64,000 bases of DNA from Ruminococcaceae bacterium UBA6434 (GCA_002437245.1 DJOQ01000010.1:6419-70418), one strand, 5' to 3'; positions 17,741-27,407 are shown, numbered from the stretch's first letter. Translations and numbers: made by a program. The notes: generated from the letters alone by a model not told the origin.

Positions 17741-17786
17741 AAAAGAAAAAGGAGCGCTTTAGGTTTAAAAGCCTTTAAGCGCCCCC
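17741..17786 (-). terminator. Rho-independent terminator of the dockerin-protein gene
   Basis: Minus strand: GGGGCGCTTAAAGGC...GCCTAAAGCGCTCC stem followed by TTTTTCTTTT. Confidence 0.6.
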
Positions 17787-17842
17787 GTTTTATGCGATTT
17801 TGCGGTGTCGGTTTTTACACCTTGTCTTTTCCGGTTACAGCT

Positions 17843-19300
17843 TTATGAAGCCTTACCTGCTTTTATCAAATCTATTTCCGCGGCGTCAAACAAATCCACA
17901 ACTCCGTCGCCGTTTACATCGGCAGCCAAATATTCGTTTGAACCGTTTTCAAGCTTTTGCTCTTCCACCGAGTGTTTAATTACGGCGTCAAAATCGGTGC
18001 CGTCCACCTTGCCGCTCGGCACAACATCGCCGCGCATAATTACGGTGTAACCCGCGCTTGTACCCGACGAAGTATTTTTGACCGTAAAGAGCGAGCCGGT
18101 TTTATTGCCGCCGGAAACAAAGCTGTAACCGCTCTGCATATAAACCGCCGAATTTACGCTCACGCCGTTCGTAATGTACAAAAGCTTTGACTTTTCGTTC
18201 ACCGTTGCGTCGGAGTTAATTGCCGGAACAATCGGTGAATAGGCATTTTCCGATACGGTTGGATATGTCAGCGTAAAGCTGCCGCTGTAACGTTTTCCCG
18301 TCTCGGTATGGCTGCTACCGAAGGTCGCGGACGCATTGAAATACTTATTTCCGCTGGCTGTTCCCACGAGGAAATAGTCATACAAAATATTGCCCTGATC
18401 GTCAAAGGTGCAGTCTACGCCGTACCACTTGCCGTCCTCCATTTTTACGTAATTCCAAGCGTGCCCTCCGCCGTTTGAAGTGCCCACCGCTATTACGCAC
18501 GGTATTTCGGCTTTGTCGCAGAGAATTTTGAATGCTTCGCTGTATCCCTCGCACACGGTTTTGTACGGAGACAAAAATACGCTTGTCGCCTCGTGCGCCG
18601 TAGGCATTTCAAAATTTTCATCATACTCGACTCGTTTGCAGATAAAATCGTGTATGAACTTCACCTTTTCATAGCGCGTTGCGCCTTTTATTTCGATGTC
18701 GGCAACAACAGCCGCCATATCATTGTAATCCTGCTTAACCTTATTCATATCGGCATAGGCGTTTGTATTTATTCTTGGTTTTACCGTAACCGAAGTGATT
18801 GTAAAAATGTAACCGCTGTCGCCGTAACGGTAAGAATAGCCGTAGCTTATGCTGTATCCGTTTATCCAGAAAATCATCGGGAAATCGTCGCAAAGTGCGG
18901 ATATTCCGCCCGAAACAGCCTCTGACAGAGCAGACTTAATTTCGCTCGGTACGCTTGTGTCGGTGCCGCTCCATGTAAGAGGCGACGGCAAGGTAACCTC
19001 AACCGAGCTTTCAAACGACTTTTCTTTAAGCGCGTTATAAACCGCTTTCTGATTTGAATTCAGAAATGTGTAAAACGTATACGGGGTATCCGCTCCGTCC
19101 GAAAAAAACGGCAATGCTTTGTTTTCGCTCTCCCGAACCAAATCCGAAACGTCCGTTCTCGGATCGTAGCTTACAGCCCACTCTGCAGGCATATCGGCAT
19201 AAAGCGTTTTTTCATTCAGCGCGCCCGATACAAGCGACAAAAACGGCACGGTCAAAACAACCGCCAAAACTACACTTAATGCTTTTTTCAATGCAATCAC
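17843..19300 (-). CDS. Secreted transglutaminase-like cysteine protease-fold protein with a C-terminal dockerin
   Basis: Signal peptide (LAVVLTVPFLSLVSGA). Cys-His-Asp core (CEGYSEAF...GGGHAWNYV...GVDCTFDD). C-terminal duplicated F-hand (GKVDGTDFDAVI / DVNGDGVVDLFDAAEI). GTG start. Confidence 0.85.
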   Translation of the reverse strand: MIALKKALSVVLAVVLTVPFLSLVSGALNEKTLYADMPAEWAVSYDPRTDVSDLVRESENKALPFFSDGADTPYTFYTFLNSNQKAVYNALKEKSFESSVEVTLPSPLTWSGTDTSVPSEIKSALSEAVSGGISALCDDFPMIFWINGYSISYGYSYRYGDSGYIFTITSVTVKPRINTNAYADMNKVKQDYNDMAAVVADIEIKGATRYEKVKFIHDFICKRVEYDENFEMPTAHEATSVFLSPYKTVCEGYSEAFKILCDKAEIPCVIAVGTSNGGGHAWNYVKMEDGKWYGVDCTFDDQGNILYDYFLVGTASGNKYFNASATFGSSHTETGKRYSGSFTLTYPTVSENAYSPIVPAINSDATVNEKSKLLYITNGVSVNSAVYMQSGYSFVSGGNKTGSLFTVKNTSSGTSAGYTVIMRGDVVPSGKVDGTDFDAVIKHSVEEQKLENGSNEYLAADVNGDGVVDLFDAAEIDLIKAGKAS

Positions 19301-19323
19301 CCTATTCTCGAATTGTCACTTTT

Positions 19324-19353
19324 ATAATATATTAAAATGTCTCGGCTTGTCAA
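19324..19353 (-). promoter_or_regulatory. SigA-type promoter of the dockerin-protein gene
   Basis: Minus strand: TTGACA, 18 nt, then TATTAT. Confidence 0.5.
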
Positions 19354-19357
19354 CCGC

Positions 19358-19394
19358 ATAAAAAAGCAGAGACCCCGAAAAACGAAGTCTCTGC
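19358..19394 (-). terminator. Rho-independent terminator of nrdR
   Basis: GCAGAGAC...GTCTCTGC stem followed by TTTTTT on the minus strand. Confidence 0.7.
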
Positions 19395-19430
19395 CGAAAA
19401 AACACGTATACTGTTGCCGTAAGACGGATT

Positions 19431-19886
19431 TTATCTTTTTCTGAGGAGCTGCGACAGCTCGTCCATAAAGGCATTTATATCTTTAAACTGCCTGTAAACC
19501 GAAGCGAACCTGACATACGCAACCTCGTCGATATCTTTAAGTTTCTGCATGGCAAGCTCGCCTATGTGCATAGACGAGACCTCGCGGTCGAGCGAATTTT
19601 GAAGATTTGCCTCAATATCGTCAACGGCGCGCTCCAGCGTATCCATAGAAACCTGACGTTTTTCGCAGGCGCGCATCATACCGCCCAAAAGCTTATTTCG
19701 GTCAAACACCTCGCGCGACTTATCTTTTTTAACGACAAGTATCGGCACGCTTTCAATAACTTCGTATGTAGTAAAGCGCTTACCGCACTTAATGCACTCG
19801 CGGCGGCGGCGTATTCTCTCGCCCTCGTCGGTGGGTCTCGAATCTATTACCTTGCTCTCTTCGTATCCGCAGTAAGGGCACTTCAC
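19431..19886 (-). CDS. nrdR: Transcriptional repressor NrdR
   Basis: MKCPYCG...[12 protein letters not shown] zinc ribbon plus an ATP-cone domain; 151 aa. Confidence 0.95.
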   Translation of the reverse strand: MKCPYCGYEESKVIDSRPTDEGERIRRRRECIKCGKRFTTYEVIESVPILVVKKDKSREVFDRNKLLGGMMRACEKRQVSMDTLERAVDDIEANLQNSLDREVSSMHIGELAMQKLKDIDEVAYVRFASVYRQFKDINAFMDELSQLLRKR

Positions 19887-19924
19887 GGCAAATCACATCC
19901 AATAGTTATTTTTAATCTATGAAT

Positions 19925-19953
19925 ATTATATCAAACAAAATTTACAATGTAAA
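19925..19953 (-). promoter_or_regulatory. SigA-type promoter of nrdR
   Basis: Minus strand: TTTACA, 17 nt, then TATAAT. Confidence 0.55.
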
Positions 19954-19976
19954 GCGTATTTTGACTCGGCGGTTTA

Positions 19977-21155
19977 TCAGTACTTCCTCCAGACCGTCTT
20001 ATCCACTATGCCTGTGTAGGACTGAATAATTTTAACTACCTTTGAGCTTACGTTTTCGTCGGTATAATCGGGTACGGGAATGCCCGTATCGCCGTTTTCA
20101 TTCATATCCACGGCAAGCGTAACCGCTCTGAGAAGGCTTTTTTCGTCAATTCCGGCGAGCACAAAGCAGCCCTTATCGAGAGCCTCGGGGCGCTCTGTGG
20201 AAGTTCTTATGCACACCGCGGGGAAGCTCTTTCCGACCGAGGTAAAGAAGCTGCTCTCCTCGGGCAGCGTTCCGCTGTCGGAAACCACGGCAAAGGCGTT
20301 CATCTGAAGATTGTTATAATCATGGAATCCGAGCGGCTCATGGCGTATAACCCTCTTATCAAGCTTGAAACCGCTCTCCTCAAGACGCTTTTTTGAACGC
20401 GGATGGCACGAATAGAGTATCGGCATATCATATTTTTCGGCAAGACGGTTTATTGCGGAAAACAGGCTTATAAAATTCTTTTCGGTATCAATGTTTTCTT
20501 CGCGGTGAGCCGATAAAAGAATATAATTTTTCTCTTTAAGACCGAGTTTTGCCAAAATGTCGCTGTTTTCGATTTTTTCCAAATTTTTGTGAAGCACCTC
20601 CGCCATAGGCGAGCCCGTTACGTAAGTGCGCTCCTTCGGCAGACCGCACTCGTGCAGATAGCGGCGCGCGTGCTCGGAATACGCCATATTCACATCCGAG
20701 ATAATATCTACTATACGGCGGTTTGTCTCCTCCGGCAAACACTCGTCCTTGCAGCGGTTGCCTGCCTCCATATGGAATATCGGTATATGCAGTCTTTTCG
20801 CCGCTATTGCGGAAAGGCAGGAATTTGTGTCGCCGAGAATCAAAAGTGCCTCGGGGTGAATATCATGCATCAGCTTGTACGAGCAGTTTATGATATTTCC
20901 GACCGTCTCGCCGAGATCGGTCCCTACGGCGTCCATATACACCTCGGGGTCGGAAAGCTCCAAATCCTTAAAGAACACGCCGTTCAGATTGTAATCGTAA
21001 TTCTGACCGGTATGCGCGAGAATACAGTCAAAATACTCTCTGCACTTGTCGATAACCGCGGCAAGTCTGATTATTTCGGGACGCGTGCCTACAATAATAA
21101 GGAGCTTTAATTTCCCGTTATCCTTAAATTTAATATCGCTGTAATCAGTTTTCAT
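19977..21155 (-). CDS. fnlC: UDP-N-acetylglucosamine 2-epimerase, CapG/FnlC type (L-FucNAc pathway step 3)
   Basis: LLIIVGTRPEIIRLA...HTGQNYD...SDSGT are non-hydrolysing 2-epimerase motifs. It sits directly downstream of the CapE/CapF homologues. Confidence 0.88.
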   Translation of the reverse strand: MKTDYSDIKFKDNGKLKLLIIVGTRPEIIRLAAVIDKCREYFDCILAHTGQNYDYNLNGVFFKDLELSDPEVYMDAVGTDLGETVGNIINCSYKLMHDIHPEALLILGDTNSCLSAIAAKRLHIPIFHMEAGNRCKDECLPEETNRRIVDIISDVNMAYSEHARRYLHECGLPKERTYVTGSPMAEVLHKNLEKIENSDILAKLGLKEKNYILLSAHREENIDTEKNFISLFSAINRLAEKYDMPILYSCHPRSKKRLEESGFKLDKRVIRHEPLGFHDYNNLQMNAFAVVSDSGTLPEESSFFTSVGKSFPAVCIRTSTERPEALDKGCFVLAGIDEKSLLRAVTLAVDMNENGDTGIPVPDYTDENVSSKVVKIIQSYTGIVDKTVWRKY

Positions 21156-21184
21156 ATATATTACCTCCGCCGTGTGTGGCAGTA

Positions 21185-22384
21185 TTAAACCTTTTCTCCG
21201 AATGTATCGGGGTGTTCGGCGTCAAAAATTTCGTTTGCCCACATCAATGTGACAAGCGGCTGTGTGTCGCTTAAATTAACTATGCTGTGAGTGTAACCGG
21301 GGAGCATCTGCACACATTCGGGCTTATCGCCCGAAACATAAAATTCCATAACGCTGTCGGTGCCTATTTTGCGTTCGCGTATAAGCCCCTTTCCCGAAAC
21401 GACTATGAACTGCTCCCACTTGCTGTTATGCCAATGCTCGCCTTTGGTTATGCCCGGCAGCGACACATTAACGCTGAACTGACCGCAGTTTTCCGTTTTC
21501 AAAAGCTCGGTAAAGCTGCCGCGCGCGTCCGAATTTGTTTTAAACTCAAACGCGGTTTTTTCCTTCGGAAGATATGAAAGATACGTGCTGTAAAGCTTCT
21601 TCGCAAAACTGCCGTTCGGAATTTCCGGCATAATAAGAGTCTTTCGCCGGTCATCGAATTTGTGAAGCAACGACACGATTTCGCCGAGCGTAACGCGATA
21701 TGTTACCGGAACGACACAATATCTGCCGTCGCTTTTCGGGACAGCGTCCGCACCCGAAAATTCGCAGCGATGCTCTTTTCCCTCGAGTAAGTCGAGCATT
21801 TCGTTTACAAGATCATCTATATACAAAAGCTCAAGTTCCGTTTTTTCATTATCGACTCTTACGGGCAAATCATTTGCGATGTTATTGCAAAAGGTCGCAA
21901 CGGCGCTGTTGTAATTCGGTCTGCACCATTTTCCGAAAAGATTCGGGAAGCGGTAAACAAACACCTTTGCGCCGGTTTTTGCGGCATAGTCAAAAAACAG
22001 CTCTTCTCCGCGCAGCTTTGACTCTCCGTAAACGGAATTTGCATATCTGCCGACAAGCGTCGCCTGTATGGAGCTTGAGAGCATAACAGGACAACGGTTG
22101 CCGTACTTTTTGAGCGTATCCAAAAGCTCCGAGGCGAACCCGAAATTACCCTTCATAAACTCGCTGTCGTCTTTAGGTCTGTTGACGCCCGCAAGGTTGA
22201 AAACAAAATCGCAATCCCTGCAAAAATCCGAGAGCAGAGCCTTGTCCGTGTCAACATCATATTCAAATATTTCGTCAATCGAGAGCGACGGACGTGTGCG
22301 GTCCTTGCCGTCGCGCAGATTTTTAAGCGCCTCTGTAAAATTTTTGCCTACAAATCCGGCTGAACCCGTAACAAGTATTTTCAT
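21185..22384 (-). CDS. fnlB: CapF/FnlB-type bifunctional reductase/epimerase (SDR domain plus C-terminal cupin)
   Basis: MKILVTGSAGFVGKN Rossmann fold, ~400 aa, and a C-terminal cupin-like region (GEHWHNSKWEQF). It lies between the capE-like and capG-like genes. Confidence 0.85.
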   Translation of the reverse strand: MKILVTGSAGFVGKNFTEALKNLRDGKDRTRPSLSIDEIFEYDVDTDKALLSDFCRDCDFVFNLAGVNRPKDDSEFMKGNFGFASELLDTLKKYGNRCPVMLSSSIQATLVGRYANSVYGESKLRGEELFFDYAAKTGAKVFVYRFPNLFGKWCRPNYNSAVATFCNNIANDLPVRVDNEKTELELLYIDDLVNEMLDLLEGKEHRCEFSGADAVPKSDGRYCVVPVTYRVTLGEIVSLLHKFDDRRKTLIMPEIPNGSFAKKLYSTYLSYLPKEKTAFEFKTNSDARGSFTELLKTENCGQFSVNVSLPGITKGEHWHNSKWEQFIVVSGKGLIRERKIGTDSVMEFYVSGDKPECVQMLPGYTHSIVNLSDTQPLVTLMWANEIFDAEHPDTFGEKV

Positions 22385-22408
22385 AAAATCTGCCTTTCGG
22401 AATACCGA

Positions 22409-23446
22409 TTACTTTTTGAATTCGGCTAATTCGTCTCTGATATAAGCGAGCGATAAAAGCTTTTCCTTTACCTGCTCAACATTTAAAAGCTCGGTATTGT
22501 TTGAATTGAATTCGGTTAACGGGTTACGTTTTATATCGCCCGTTTTAAAGTACTTGTCGTAATTGAGCGAGCGCTTGTCCGCAGGTACGCGGTAAAACTT
22601 GCCCATATCAACGGCGTGTGCACATTCTTCGTTAGTGAGAAGCGTCTCATACATTTTTTCGCCGTGGCGTATGCCGATAACCTTTATATCATCGTCCGAA
22701 CCGAAAAGCTCTTTAACCGCTCTTGCCAAAGTCTCAATGGTGCAGGCAGGCGCCTTTTGAACGAGTATATCGCCCGAAACGCCGCTTTCAAAGGCAAAAA
22801 GAACAAGGTCTACCGCCTCGTCAAGGCTCATTATAAAGCGCGTCATATTAGGCTCGGTTACGGTTATCGGTTTGCCCTCTTTCATCTGCTCTATCCAAAG
22901 CGGAATTACGGAGCCGCGCGAACACATTACGTTTCCGTAACGCGTGCAGCAGATTTTTGTTCTTTCGGGGCTTACCGTCCGCGATTTTGCAACTATTACC
23001 TTTTCCATCATCGCCTTTGAAGTCCCCATTGCGTTAACCGGGTACGCCGCCTTATCGGTTGAAAGGCAAATTACGGTTTTAACTCCCTCGTCTATTGCCG
23101 CGGTGAGCACGTTATCGGTGCCGAGAACGTTGGTCTTGACCGCCTCTATCGGGAAGAACTCGCACGACGGAACCTGTTTTAAAGCCGCCGCATGGAATAT
23201 ATAGTCAACGCCGTGTATTGCGTTTTTGACGCTTGCAAGGTCTCTGACATCACCGATAAAGAACTTTATTTTATCGCTGACCTCGGGCATTTTCGCCTGA
23301 AACTCATGGCGCATATCGTCCTGCTTTTTTTCATCTCTTGAAAAAATGCGGATTTCGCCGATGTCGGTCTCTAAAAATCTGTTGAGCACCGCATTGCCGA
23401 ATGAGCCTGTTCCGCCCGTAATCATCAGAGTTTTGTCTTTAAACAT
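22409..23446 (-). CDS. fnlA: UDP-GlcNAc 4,6-dehydratase/5-epimerase, CapE/FnlA type
   Basis: MFKDKTLMITGGTGSFGNAVLNRFL closely parallels the recalled S. aureus CapE N-terminus. The second ATG (23446) has proper AAGGAAG spacing. Confidence 0.9.
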   Translation of the reverse strand: MFKDKTLMITGGTGSFGNAVLNRFLETDIGEIRIFSRDEKKQDDMRHEFQAKMPEVSDKIKFFIGDVRDLASVKNAIHGVDYIFHAAALKQVPSCEFFPIEAVKTNVLGTDNVLTAAIDEGVKTVICLSTDKAAYPVNAMGTSKAMMEKVIVAKSRTVSPERTKICCTRYGNVMCSRGSVIPLWIEQMKEGKPITVTEPNMTRFIMSLDEAVDLVLFAFESGVSGDILVQKAPACTIETLARAVKELFGSDDDIKVIGIRHGEKMYETLLTNEECAHAVDMGKFYRVPADKRSLNYDKYFKTGDIKRNPLTEFNSNNTELLNVEQVKEKLLSLAYIRDELAEFKK

Positions 23447-23463
23447 TTTCATCTTCCTTTATA

Positions 23464-24999
23464 TCAAGCTTTTTTTAGGTTCAGCTTGCCTTTTATTTTA
23501 TTAAACAGCCCCTTTATAAGGCCTTTTTCATAGCTGTTCATAAAGAATGTTGTCATAAGACCGCCATACACCGCCGTCATTGCCGCGGCATTTATAATAA
23601 GCCCTATCCAACCGTACCGATTGAGATGCAGCAGCGACAGCGCCGCACCGACGGCAGAGCTGATTAAAAGCGCAGGGAGAGTTCCCTTAAACAAATCGCG
23701 GTAATACTCGCCGAATTTTATGCCGACTTCTTTTCGGAGAACCATATCCATAAGTACGACATCGCCGATAATCAGCGCCAAAGCCGTGCCGAGCGATGAG
23801 CCTATGAGAGGTTTCCACTTTATCAGCAAAATCGTGACAATAATATTGAAAACCGATGAGCAAATCTGTATAACCGCCAAAGTTTTGTGGCGGTTTATCG
23901 CCCAGAGTATCTGATTTCCTATGCCCTGCGGCGTTGAAATCATCCACGGGAACATTATAATAAGCGCAACAAAATAGCCGTCTATGTTATCCTTGCCCGC
24001 CCAAAGCGTTATAAAATCTCTGCCGAACACGGCAAACACACAGTAGATAATGCCGAGAACCATAAAGATAACTCTGCCGATACGAACCATTTCTTTTTGT
24101 ATCGTTTTGCTGTCGGCTCCGCCCTCTATCATACGGACGGTGCCTGCCATAAGCACGGAATTGAACTGACTGCCTATGGTCTTATAATACTGCACTATTT
24201 GCGAGCCGACGCCGTAAATGCCTATAAGCACCGCGGCGGACGGAGCAAAAATACCGAGGATTATCTGGTCAGACATTGAGTTTAACTGCTGCGCTATGAG
24301 CTGAATAAGCACAAATGTGGAATACGAAAATACGCCCTTTACAAAAGACATATCTATCTTTTTAAAGCTCGGATATATTTTGAGTTTTAAAAATACATAG
24401 CCTATATAGAAAAGCCGCGTAACTGCCGTAACAACAAGGTTTACGGTTACAACGCCTATACTCTTGACGCCCGCCTTCATCAAAAAAACAAGAACTATCA
24501 TTTTTGCGACATTGGCAAGTATCATAATACCCTTGTGCGCCGTGAACCGCTCGTAAGCAATAAGCGTATTTGAAAAAGCCGATGTGCCGATTGAAATTGC
24601 GCTTGTGGCTATCGCTATCGATAAAAGCTCCTTCGCTTTGACTATTTCGGACGGCGTAAGTCCCTTTGAAAACACGTTCGGAAAAACGGTTATTAAAAGC
24701 ACGCCCACAATAACTATAACAAAGGTAACCGCCGCATAGTAAACGGTGGTCACGCCCAAAAACTTACTTTGGGACTCCCTGTCGTTATTGGCGCGGAATT
24801 TTGCCATATATCTGATAACCGAGTTGCCGACCCCGAGGTCGAATATTATCAGATACGCCGTTATGGACGAGGTCAGCTGGTAAATACCGTATTCCGCCTG
24901 ACCGAGACTTCTTATTATAAACGGAGTTACAAACATAGCCGAAATTATTTCGGTTATCATAACGCCGTATGAAAAAACTAATCCGATTTTTCTGTTCAT
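23464..24999 (-). CDS. wzx: Wzx-type oligosaccharide flippase (MOP/polysaccharide biosynthesis protein family)
   Basis: About 510 aa and ~14 TM segments. N-terminal ...SLGQAEYGIYQLTSS...GVGNSVIRY is typical of PST-family flippases. Confidence 0.85.
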   Translation of the reverse strand: MNRKIGLVFSYGVMITEIISAMFVTPFIIRSLGQAEYGIYQLTSSITAYLIIFDLGVGNSVIRYMAKFRANNDRESQSKFLGVTTVYYAAVTFVIVIVGVLLITVFPNVFSKGLTPSEIVKAKELLSIAIATSAISIGTSAFSNTLIAYERFTAHKGIMILANVAKMIVLVFLMKAGVKSIGVVTVNLVVTAVTRLFYIGYVFLKLKIYPSFKKIDMSFVKGVFSYSTFVLIQLIAQQLNSMSDQIILGIFAPSAAVLIGIYGVGSQIVQYYKTIGSQFNSVLMAGTVRMIEGGADSKTIQKEMVRIGRVIFMVLGIIYCVFAVFGRDFITLWAGKDNIDGYFVALIIMFPWMISTPQGIGNQILWAINRHKTLAVIQICSSVFNIIVTILLIKWKPLIGSSLGTALALIIGDVVLMDMVLRKEVGIKFGEYYRDLFKGTLPALLISSAVGAALSLLHLNRYGWIGLIINAAAMTAVYGGLMTTFFMNSYEKGLIKGLFNKIKGKLNLKKA

Positions 25000-25016
25000 A
25001 GTCAAATACCTTTTAT

Positions 25017-26168
25017 TCAGAAAACAAATTGTGCGTTATTGTACACATACAGCAGCAAATAAGCAAAATGTATCACACTCTCTGCCGACAACACAATATA
25101 AGTATACGGTTTGAGGTTTTTGTTAACGGGATTCCTGAACCTGTACAGCAAAAACAGCAGCGGCACGCTGAGCGTTATCTGAATGAAGTTGGGCGTTCTC
25201 AAAATGAACTGATAGTTTGAGATAAACAGGAATATCGTAACTATGCTGTAAACTATCATCCAGTCGTAGTTATACGTTCCGTCCAAAGCTTTGTCCCGAA
25301 GGGAAGAGCCGGTATTTTGCTTTTTAATGAGACTTTCCGTTATAGTCATGGAAAGCAACATTATCAAAAGCGCCAGAACGAGCCTTATAATCGACATTGA
25401 AAACTGCCATATACCGAAAACCTCGTAGCTTTTGTAGCCCGAAATCTTTCTCTCGACGGTTCCCAAAAGTCCGTCGCTTGCGGAGCCGAGTGTAATCGCG
25501 ATTTTGTTTGCGGCAAAAATAAGTACCGGAAGTATTACGATAAACGACTTTTTCACAATCGGAGACGCCTTTTTTATAAACAGAAGCACTATTCTGATAA
25601 GCACAAACGGCAATATGCCGTAATGGAAATAGCACAGAGCCGCATATACAAGGAAACAGAAAATGCGGTGCTTTTTCTCGACTATATCCACATACATAAA
25701 GTAAGCGAGCACTGCAAAGCAGATATAAATACGCGTATTGTCTATGACATAGAAATAATTGAAGTTTGCCATAAAGAACAATAGCGCCATATTCATTTCG
25801 CTTTTTTTCGAGTCGAACCTAACGCCGGCTTTATAAAGCAGCGCAAACGAAAATCCGTATACTATAAATACGGTAAGCGCGGGCAATATGCCGTTTTCGG
25901 GGCAAATTCTCGCAAGACCGTAATAATACACAAGCGTCAGAGGGTTGCTCGCACCGTAATAGGAATACGCTTTACCGAAAGAAATCTGCCTGAATAAATC
26001 GAGCTGTTCATACGCTCTGTACAGGTCCATGGTATAGTCTGGCTTTGTGAACCAAGCAAGGCATGCCAAAGCCGCCGCAAAAAGCAGCAGATATATTTTA
26101 TATGTTTTTTTGTTGAAAATCGGATTTATAACTGCAAATCCGAAGAATAACAAAACAATCCGGAGCAT
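25017..26168 (-). CDS. EpsG/Wzy-type polysaccharide polymerase
   Basis: 383 aa, highly hydrophobic with ~11 TM segments, aromatic-rich, no soluble domain. It sits next to wzx inside a GT cluster. Confidence 0.7.
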   Translation of the reverse strand: MLRIVLLFFGFAVINPIFNKKTYKIYLLLFAAALACLAWFTKPDYTMDLYRAYEQLDLFRQISFGKAYSYYGASNPLTLVYYYGLARICPENGILPALTVFIVYGFSFALLYKAGVRFDSKKSEMNMALLFFMANFNYFYVIDNTRIYICFAVLAYFMYVDIVEKKHRIFCFLVYAALCYFHYGILPFVLIRIVLLFIKKASPIVKKSFIVILPVLIFAANKIAITLGSASDGLLGTVERKISGYKSYEVFGIWQFSMSIIRLVLALLIMLLSMTITESLIKKQNTGSSLRDKALDGTYNYDWMIVYSIVTIFLFISNYQFILRTPNFIQITLSVPLLFLLYRFRNPVNKNLKPYTYIVLSAESVIHFAYLLLYVYNNAQFVF

Positions 26169-26192
26169 ATATTACTTCACTTTCTGGTACTT

Positions 26193-27407
26193 TTAAAGGG
26201 ATAATATTCCGTCACAAAATTCGAGATAATTTTTTCGGCAGTCAAAACACTTCTGCCATTTTTCATACGCGCAGTCGCTCATTTTCCGTTTTTCTTCAAG
26301 CGGCATAGCTTCGTATGCATTTACGGCGGAAACAAGCTCCTCATCAGTAAAATCGGACTTTAACAAAAATCCGTTTTTGCCGTTATCGACTATTTCGCCG
26401 ACGCCGCCGACGTCCGTCGCCACAACCGGCATACCCCTTGCCATACACTCCATCATCGTCACGGGCAAGCCCTCCGACGACGAAACGTTCAGGAGAAAAT
26501 CAAACGGATTTTCCGAAATATAATTCATGGCATCGTCATGATTCATATATCCTTTAAGCTCGTATTTTATATTTTCTTTTCCGCGAAGCTCTATCTTCGC
26601 CTTTTCTTTTATTTCATCGGCAAGCACACCTGAGCCTATGTGCGTCCAAATTATATCTTTATCCGTCTTTGAAAGAGCGTCTATTATCCTGCCCACGCGC
26701 TTTACGGGGGAGAGGTACGAAAAGCTCAATATTTTAAGCGGACCGCCTTTTTCGGGGCGTTCGGGTCTTTTGCCCTCTTTGACTCCGAGATATGAAACAC
26801 AGCACTTTTTTTCATCAATCTCAAAATTTTCGCGGTAATAATTCATACCGTCACGACTTATGAAAACAAGTTTATCTATCCGCTTTGCAATCTCGTTTTT
26901 ATATGGGATATAGTATCCGTTCGCCTCATTGAGATATAAATCTGCTCTGTGTATTCTCGAAACCACTCTGTCGCCTTTTTTTGCGGCAAGGGCTGCCGAC
27001 AATGCGGTATAGTCATTCCAATATGTATAAAAAACGCACTCGCCGCCCGCAATGCTTCTTACTTTTTTAAGGTAGGACTCAAAATGGAACGTGCGCATAA
27101 GGCTTTTAAACGCTCTTTTTACATTCGTAAGAGTAAGCTTTTTTTTGCGCTTTAAATATGCGAGTTCTCTGTAATATATGGGTGAAAACAGCGTTTTTAA
27201 AAAATATCCGAAAACGTTTTTCCCGTAGTGCGACGCATATCTGAATACCCTGTCGTCGGGAACCTCGGTTGTCATCTCGTCTTTCGGATTTCTCGACACA
27301 GTATATACGTCCGATTTTTCTTTCATTATCTCGTATTCGGGCGCCAAAAAGCCTGCCTCGGCTATGCCGAAAGGAAACGAATTAGTTATAAGCAAGACAT
27401 TTTTCAT
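26193..27407 (-). CDS. Glycosyltransferase family 4 (GT-B)
   Basis: SSSEGLPVTMMECMARGMPVVATDVGGVGEIV motif. Confidence 0.85.
   Translation of the reverse strand: MKNVLLITNSFPFGIAEAGFLAPEYEIMKEKSDVYTVSRNPKDEMTTEVPDDRVFRYASHYGKNVFGYFLKTLFSPIYYRELAYLKRKKKLTLTNVKRAFKSLMRTFHFESYLKKVRSIAGGECVFYTYWNDYTALSAALAAKKGDRVVSRIHRADLYLNEANGYYIPYKNEIAKRIDKLVFISRDGMNYYRENFEIDEKKCCVSYLGVKEGKRPERPEKGGPLKILSFSYLSPVKRVGRIIDALSKTDKDIIWTHIGSGVLADEIKEKAKIELRGKENIKYELKGYMNHDDAMNYISENPFDFLLNVSSSEGLPVTMMECMARGMPVVATDVGGVGEIVDNGKNGFLLKSDFTDEELVSAVNAYEAMPLEEKRKMSDCAYEKWQKCFDCRKNYLEFCDGILSL

Noticed and set aside
14366-17842. Search for att-like direct repeats, an integrase or a tRNA flanking the phage-derived cassette.
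   Set aside because: By eye, neither flank (14366..14421 and 17575..17842) shares repeats, and no integrase or tRNA occurs in the window. I therefore do not call an intact or excisable prophage.
19941-19953. Palindrome TTTACAATGTAAA upstream of nrdR as an NrdR box.
   Set aside because: It does not resemble the NrdR-box consensus as I recall it. It is simply the -35 hexamer of the nrdR promoter read on both strands.
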